Shown piece after piece: positions 59,324 through 63,878 of a stretch of 63,878 nt of DNA. The stretch covers positions 800,550 to 864,427 of the forward strand of contig NW_004797325.1 of NCBI RefSeq assembly GCF_000002075.1, in the 5' to 3' direction. A program made the translations under genes and the position numbers. The notes under the pieces were generated by a model. The model searched no databases, was not told where the DNA came from, and saw only the letters and a list, made by a program, of their open reading frames with translations. This stretch comes from Aplysia californica. Lineage: Eukaryota. How positions within the stretch are numbered: the stretch's first letter is position 1; every line of letters starts with the position of its first letter.

Positions 59324-60161
59324 CAGTGGAACTCGGATTTAACGAGCTCGGATTCAACGAGGGGAGATAGATTCCCTGTTTTTTTTTATTCTTTATAATC
59401 AATAAAAATAACCCGGATTCAACGAGCACTTAAATCAGCGAGCTTGGATTCAACGAGGTCACTTCCAGGGTGAACAGTCCCCGTAGACGTGGCTTCGATC
59501 ATTTTTCTCCCAGAATGAAATTGATCTATTCCCGGAAACCATCCATTGCAACTGTATCGTGAACTAGGCTATTATTTTCTTATCCAATTGCATGAGACCA
59601 ATCAGCGGCCTTTTTTCATACCAACACAATATGCGTTGTTTGCATGCGCACGTGTCTACTCTGGCGTGTGTCGGGGTTGGATGGGCGGCCTGCACACGGG
59701 TGACTGTGTACTGTGTGTGTGTGTGTCGCGGAAGGGGGGGGGGGGGGGGGGGCATTAGTGTTCCGGGCGTTAAACGTCGCAGATACAAACGCGTCACAGT
59801 CTTTTTTTTACCCTCGGCAACTGATCATTATTTCAATGATAAGCTAGTCTTGACGGAGATCTACGTATTGAATTGTGCACTGGTCTAAGGAATCATAAGT
59901 TGCCGTCTGCTAGGCTCTACACAGCAAAACAACTTTTAGTCCAGACAATCGAGATGACACAGGTGTGCATTTGATTTTAAACGAATCGGTCTTTTTTTCA
60001 TGTGTAGGCATTTCAGGCACTACTTGTTACTTCTCTTTACACATTACTTGCTCAATGCCTGTAATTTTCAACACAAGACCTCATGTTTGTTATAACGAAC
60101 ACTCGGATTCAACGAGATTTTCGGTCAGGCCCGGCGACCTCGTTGAATCCGAGTTCCACTG
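59324..60161. mobile_element. Tigger/pogo-type non-autonomous element
   Basis: 23-bp TIR CAGTGGAACTCGGATT(T/C)AACGAG; TA TSD; internal GGATTCAACGAG repeats. Confidence 0.9.
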
Positions 60162-60347
60162 TACACATACATTGGTTTGTTGGTGAGGTGTCATTCTGAT
60201 CAGTAGGCCTATAATTTTCAGCTGTGATTGTTCTCAGTGTTCTCTGAATGAGTCACACTGTCTTTTTCTTTTCATGTTGAAATCATTATTCGACTACTTA
60301 AGTCGCTGTATATAAAAAAATTTCATGCTGTGTATTTTGTGTTTCAG

Positions 60348-60423
60348 ACAAGAAATGATTACTTTATGAACAGTGGTGACAGAATTTCTTTTTTCTTTGA
60401 AGAAGGAGCCATTGGCAAGGAAG
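60348..60423 (+). CDS. PHYHD1: PHYHD1 exon (TRNDYFMNSGDRISFFFEEGAIGKE)
   Basis: TTTCAG / GTAGGG; DYFxxSGDxIxFFFExG motif of PHYHD1. Confidence 0.92.
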
Positions 60424-60632
60424 GTAGGGTTTGATTGTGTGCTAAATTACTGCTTTTTGTCAAAAAGAATATAATTATAAATATATGAATAAAAGTAAAA
60501 GATTATCTTACACCACGTTTGGGCCGAAAGAAATTATTTCAACCCTTTGAGTCCTGTACGTAAATCATTGGGTAAGTGCAGGTGAAGAGAAATAGCCATC
60601 AACAGGAGCTGGGAAGAACGTAATTTTTAAAA

Positions 60633-60814
60633 ATCATCATCATCATCATCCAGTGCCAGATCTGCGACAGACATCGGCGATCATGGCTCTCCATTCATTC
60701 CTTTGCTCGGATACTCTCAAAAATGCTACGTTTCTCTGATCTTTTCCTGTTACCCATTTGTTTAGGTTACCAAGTATGTTGTTCTGGGCCTTCCCCTGCC
60801 TCGCTTGCCCTCAA
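60633..60814 (-). mobile_element. RTE LINE 3' end, antisense in a PHYHD1 intron
   Basis: Reverse complement of ~9805-9978 with an (ATC)n tail. Confidence 0.9.
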
Positions 60815-61862
60815 TATAAAAAAAAAAAATTACCTCTTTTCTTCCAATCTTATTATGATTTTGCAAAGATTTTGATCATGATGTAAGCTGTGAGGCAGAC
60901 ATTAGGATCAATATATATACTGGAAATAAAATTATGCCCGTTATTAACTTTAATGAGAAGTTGACCATCATGCAACAATGAAAAAAAAGGGAAACAAAAA
61001 TATTTTTTTAAAACACCTTTTCTACACTAGATCTACACTTTGGAATAATATAATGTTAGTTTTCGATGGAATGTGTCACAACGGGCTGGAATCAAATGCT
61101 CGTCAATTTTTGGGCTTGTTGAGTTATTGGTATCATCTTAAAGTTTATTCGTTTGTCTATATAATTCTGTGGAAAAAAATCCATCAATCTTGAATAAAAT
61201 TTGATAAATTTTGTGTTTGATGAAGATGGGTTCGCCTTGTTTCAGAAGTAGAATTAGCGAGATAAAATGACCGTCAAAGTTTGGCGACTTCCATGGCTTG
61301 AGAGTCCATGGAAACTGGAAATTTACATTTTTTGGTGCTTTTAATGAACATTTTTCGGTAACATATTCATAGAAATACAATTTTAAAAGGACATGAAAGT
61401 TCTGAGCCAAAAAAAGAAAATTTGATAAAAATTGCACTACGCCCCAAAAATTCAAGTATCTTTGATTTCATCTTTTGAAGAGTGCTTGATTTCACCATGC
61501 TGCCTCACAAATGTGTTTGTGATATTTACTTGTCAGCAGTAGTAGTTATTTTAAACTTAATACAAAACTCTTAGATTAGAACAAATGTACACAAGGTGAC
61601 AGATATTGAGAATGCAGAGAAATACACTGTGCTCCCTGTTGTGGCCAAAAAAAAAAGGAAGTATTTGCACAAAATTTATGTTAATTAACAAACTTTTGAT
61701 TTGTTATCAGCATTGAAATGTTTATTTCCTCGAATGTCTCAGTCACTTCTGCTGACATCCTGAGTCCCATTCACTCTGGATTGGCCCTAAATCCATGCCT
61801 TTTATAAATTTATGTTTTGATTTACATTATTATTAAAATATTGTTTCCTACTTTACCTTCAG

Positions 61863-61910
61863 GTAATTTGCTGGTGGAGAAACAAATGTCTATAAACAAA
61901 GTTGGACACG
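61863..61910 (+). CDS. PHYHD1: PHYHD1 exon (GNLLVEKQMSINKVGH)
   Basis: CTTCAG / GTAAGA; SINKxGH(A) motif; the gene continues beyond the window. Confidence 0.92.
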
Positions 61911-62282
61911 GTAAGATCTTAATTGATACAATATCAAAAATATCTCTATTTAAGACTTTTCACTGTTTGATTGTTCGAAATGCGTTGTTTGTCAAAATGT
62001 CTTGTCCTCTTTTATTTCCCTATCAATGCTTGCCTTAAAGTTAGAAGTGTTATAATGCTTATTTTGTAATTGTGTATCCGTCTGAAGGCTCATTATGATT
62101 TAACGATAATTCCTTTAGCTAAGTCGTTCAATCTCTTTGCTTTTTCAGTCACACCAGGGACCAACTAAGCTGCCATCTGTTAGATGGTAGAATACCTTTC
62201 TTGTGGGTACCATGTCTGCTCCAAAAGAAGCTGGAATTGAACCCATGACTTATGAAAGTCCAGTTTCTCTCCTTTGGGTTAG

Positions 62283-62586
62283 GATCATCATCACCATCAA
62301 GTGCTTGATCTGCGTAAACACCAGCGATCATGGTTCACCATGCATTCTTTTGCTTGGGTGCTCTCAAAAAAGCGATGTTATCCTTATCTTTCCTGTAAGC
62401 CCCCTGTCTAGGCTTTCCAAGTAAGCTGCTTTCGGTCTACCCATGCCTCATTTGCCTTCAGCTTTAAAAGTGAGAGCTAGTTGTTTAAGGCTCTTATCTA
62501 TTCAAGTGTCTCAGAAACTGCATTTGTTTCTTCCTTTGTATCAGCGAGTACCCCACGCGGCTTCTTCAAGTACAACTTCATTTGAA
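62283..62586 (-). mobile_element. RTE LINE 3' fragment, older copy
   Basis: Degenerate reverse complement of ~9670-9978. Confidence 0.75.
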
Positions 62587-63878
62587 GGGCTTTAAAGTGC
62601 AACATGTGCCTCATTGCTAATCCAAGATTTTGAGGAACAATAGTAAAGTTTCCAATGTGTCCATGAAATCAGAGATAAAAATCTATACATGTTCCATGAT
62701 GTTGTGGGATCAGGCGCTCGTTAATTTTTGGGCATTTGGAGTTATTGATATCATATAAAAGCTTATAAAATTCATTTGCCTTGCTTTCAATGGAAAAAAA
62801 TACCTATCTATCTTGAATAGAGGTCAAGATGATTACGATTGAAGAGGTGGGGTCGCCTGGTTTCAGTCATAAAATTTTCGAGAAACTGGCCACCAAATTT
62901 AGGTAACTTCAATAACTTGTGAGGCCCTGAAAACTGAAAAGTTACGTATTTTATGCCTTTAATCGTTTTCAGTAAAATTCACATAGAAATATGTTTTTGA
63001 TAAGGAAATAAAGGTGTTTAGCTCAAGAATTTACAAAATTTGAAAAAAAAAAATTGCCAAACTGACGGAAAAATGTCTGTTTCTTCAATTTTATAATTTT
63101 GACGGGCGCCTGATTTCACCACGATGCCTCACACATAGCAATTTCAATGATAATGTAGCATTCCCTTAGATACAACAATGATGTATGAGATATTTTAGGG
63201 CTTCTGGTTAAAAAATAATGATTTTCTTAGCCATTATGTATTTGGCGTTTGGACACTTTTTGCCCATAACTTTATATTTTTTTAAAAGTGCTTTTCGTTA
63301 AAAGTAGCACTGTTGCTGCTGATTCTACTGTTTGTAGTGAGTTGATCTATACACAGACTGATTCTAGTTTTATCTATGTTGATAGCAGTCTGTCGTGGTC
63401 AAACACTTGCAGGGTGCTGGTTTGAATCTGATGAATCATTTCAAGTTTCTTGGATTTCAAATATGACAATCCCGTACCCTCAAAACTCTGTCTCCTGACA
63501 ATAGATTTGTAGTCTACTGTTTATAGGCATTGACCACGTAAAATAGGCTATATTGCACCAGCAGCATAAATGAACGTTAACAGCACATTGTCAGTGATAA
63601 AGAAACTGAGAAATCTTAGTAGAGGGACGTGGACAATTTTTATTCCCACCTGAACTTAGACGGGCAAAAGATTTCAAAAAGCTGAATCTGTTTCAACAGC
63701 GACAAGAATAGAAGAATCAAAAGAAAACAAGATCTCAACATTCCATTTGATTTTACCTTTTAATCAGGTATCAAATTTTTGATACAGTACTAGTAGTAAT
63801 ACAAATCGGGCTTTGTCAACATCATAGTCTTGATAAAGTTAGTTGTGGATGGGTTTATTGTCAACATGTTCAAGGAAA

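Noticed and set aside
1-63878. Novel multi-gene or prokaryotic defence system
   Set aside because: All recognisable coding sequence is explained by SUN, PHYHD1 and transposon proteins; nothing links the two host genes functionally.

Overview
AT-rich metazoan genomic DNA with spliceosomal introns and several assembly gaps. An invertebrate, probably mollusc-like source is an inference from the repeat content. (1) A + strand SUN-domain inner-nuclear-membrane gene (SUN1/SUN2/klaroid type) is reconstructed as 20 phase-compatible GT-AG exons from 9152 to the stop at 29257, about 900 codons; its start exon is unresolved. (2) A transposon-dense intergenic block at about 34.5-57.8 kb holds Nimb/I-type LINE 3' fragments, several SINE families sharing that LINE's tail, a solo LTR, Merlin and piggyBac transposase remnants, a pseudogenised Kolobok/Mutator-like transposase, and a possibly intact hAT element with palindromic subterminal repeats. 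(3) Three internal coding exons of a PHYHD1-like dioxygenase gene lie at 58179-61910 and continue past the window. Introns carry many MITEs, RTE fragments and simple repeats. I found no CRISPR array, rRNA or credible tRNA gene, and no convincing novel multi-gene system. The best leads are the LINE/SINE shared-tail network with a headless short retroposon family, retroposon insertions that duplicated or crowded SUN splice sites, and an apparent hAT-associated deletion. All coordinates and alignments were made by eye.
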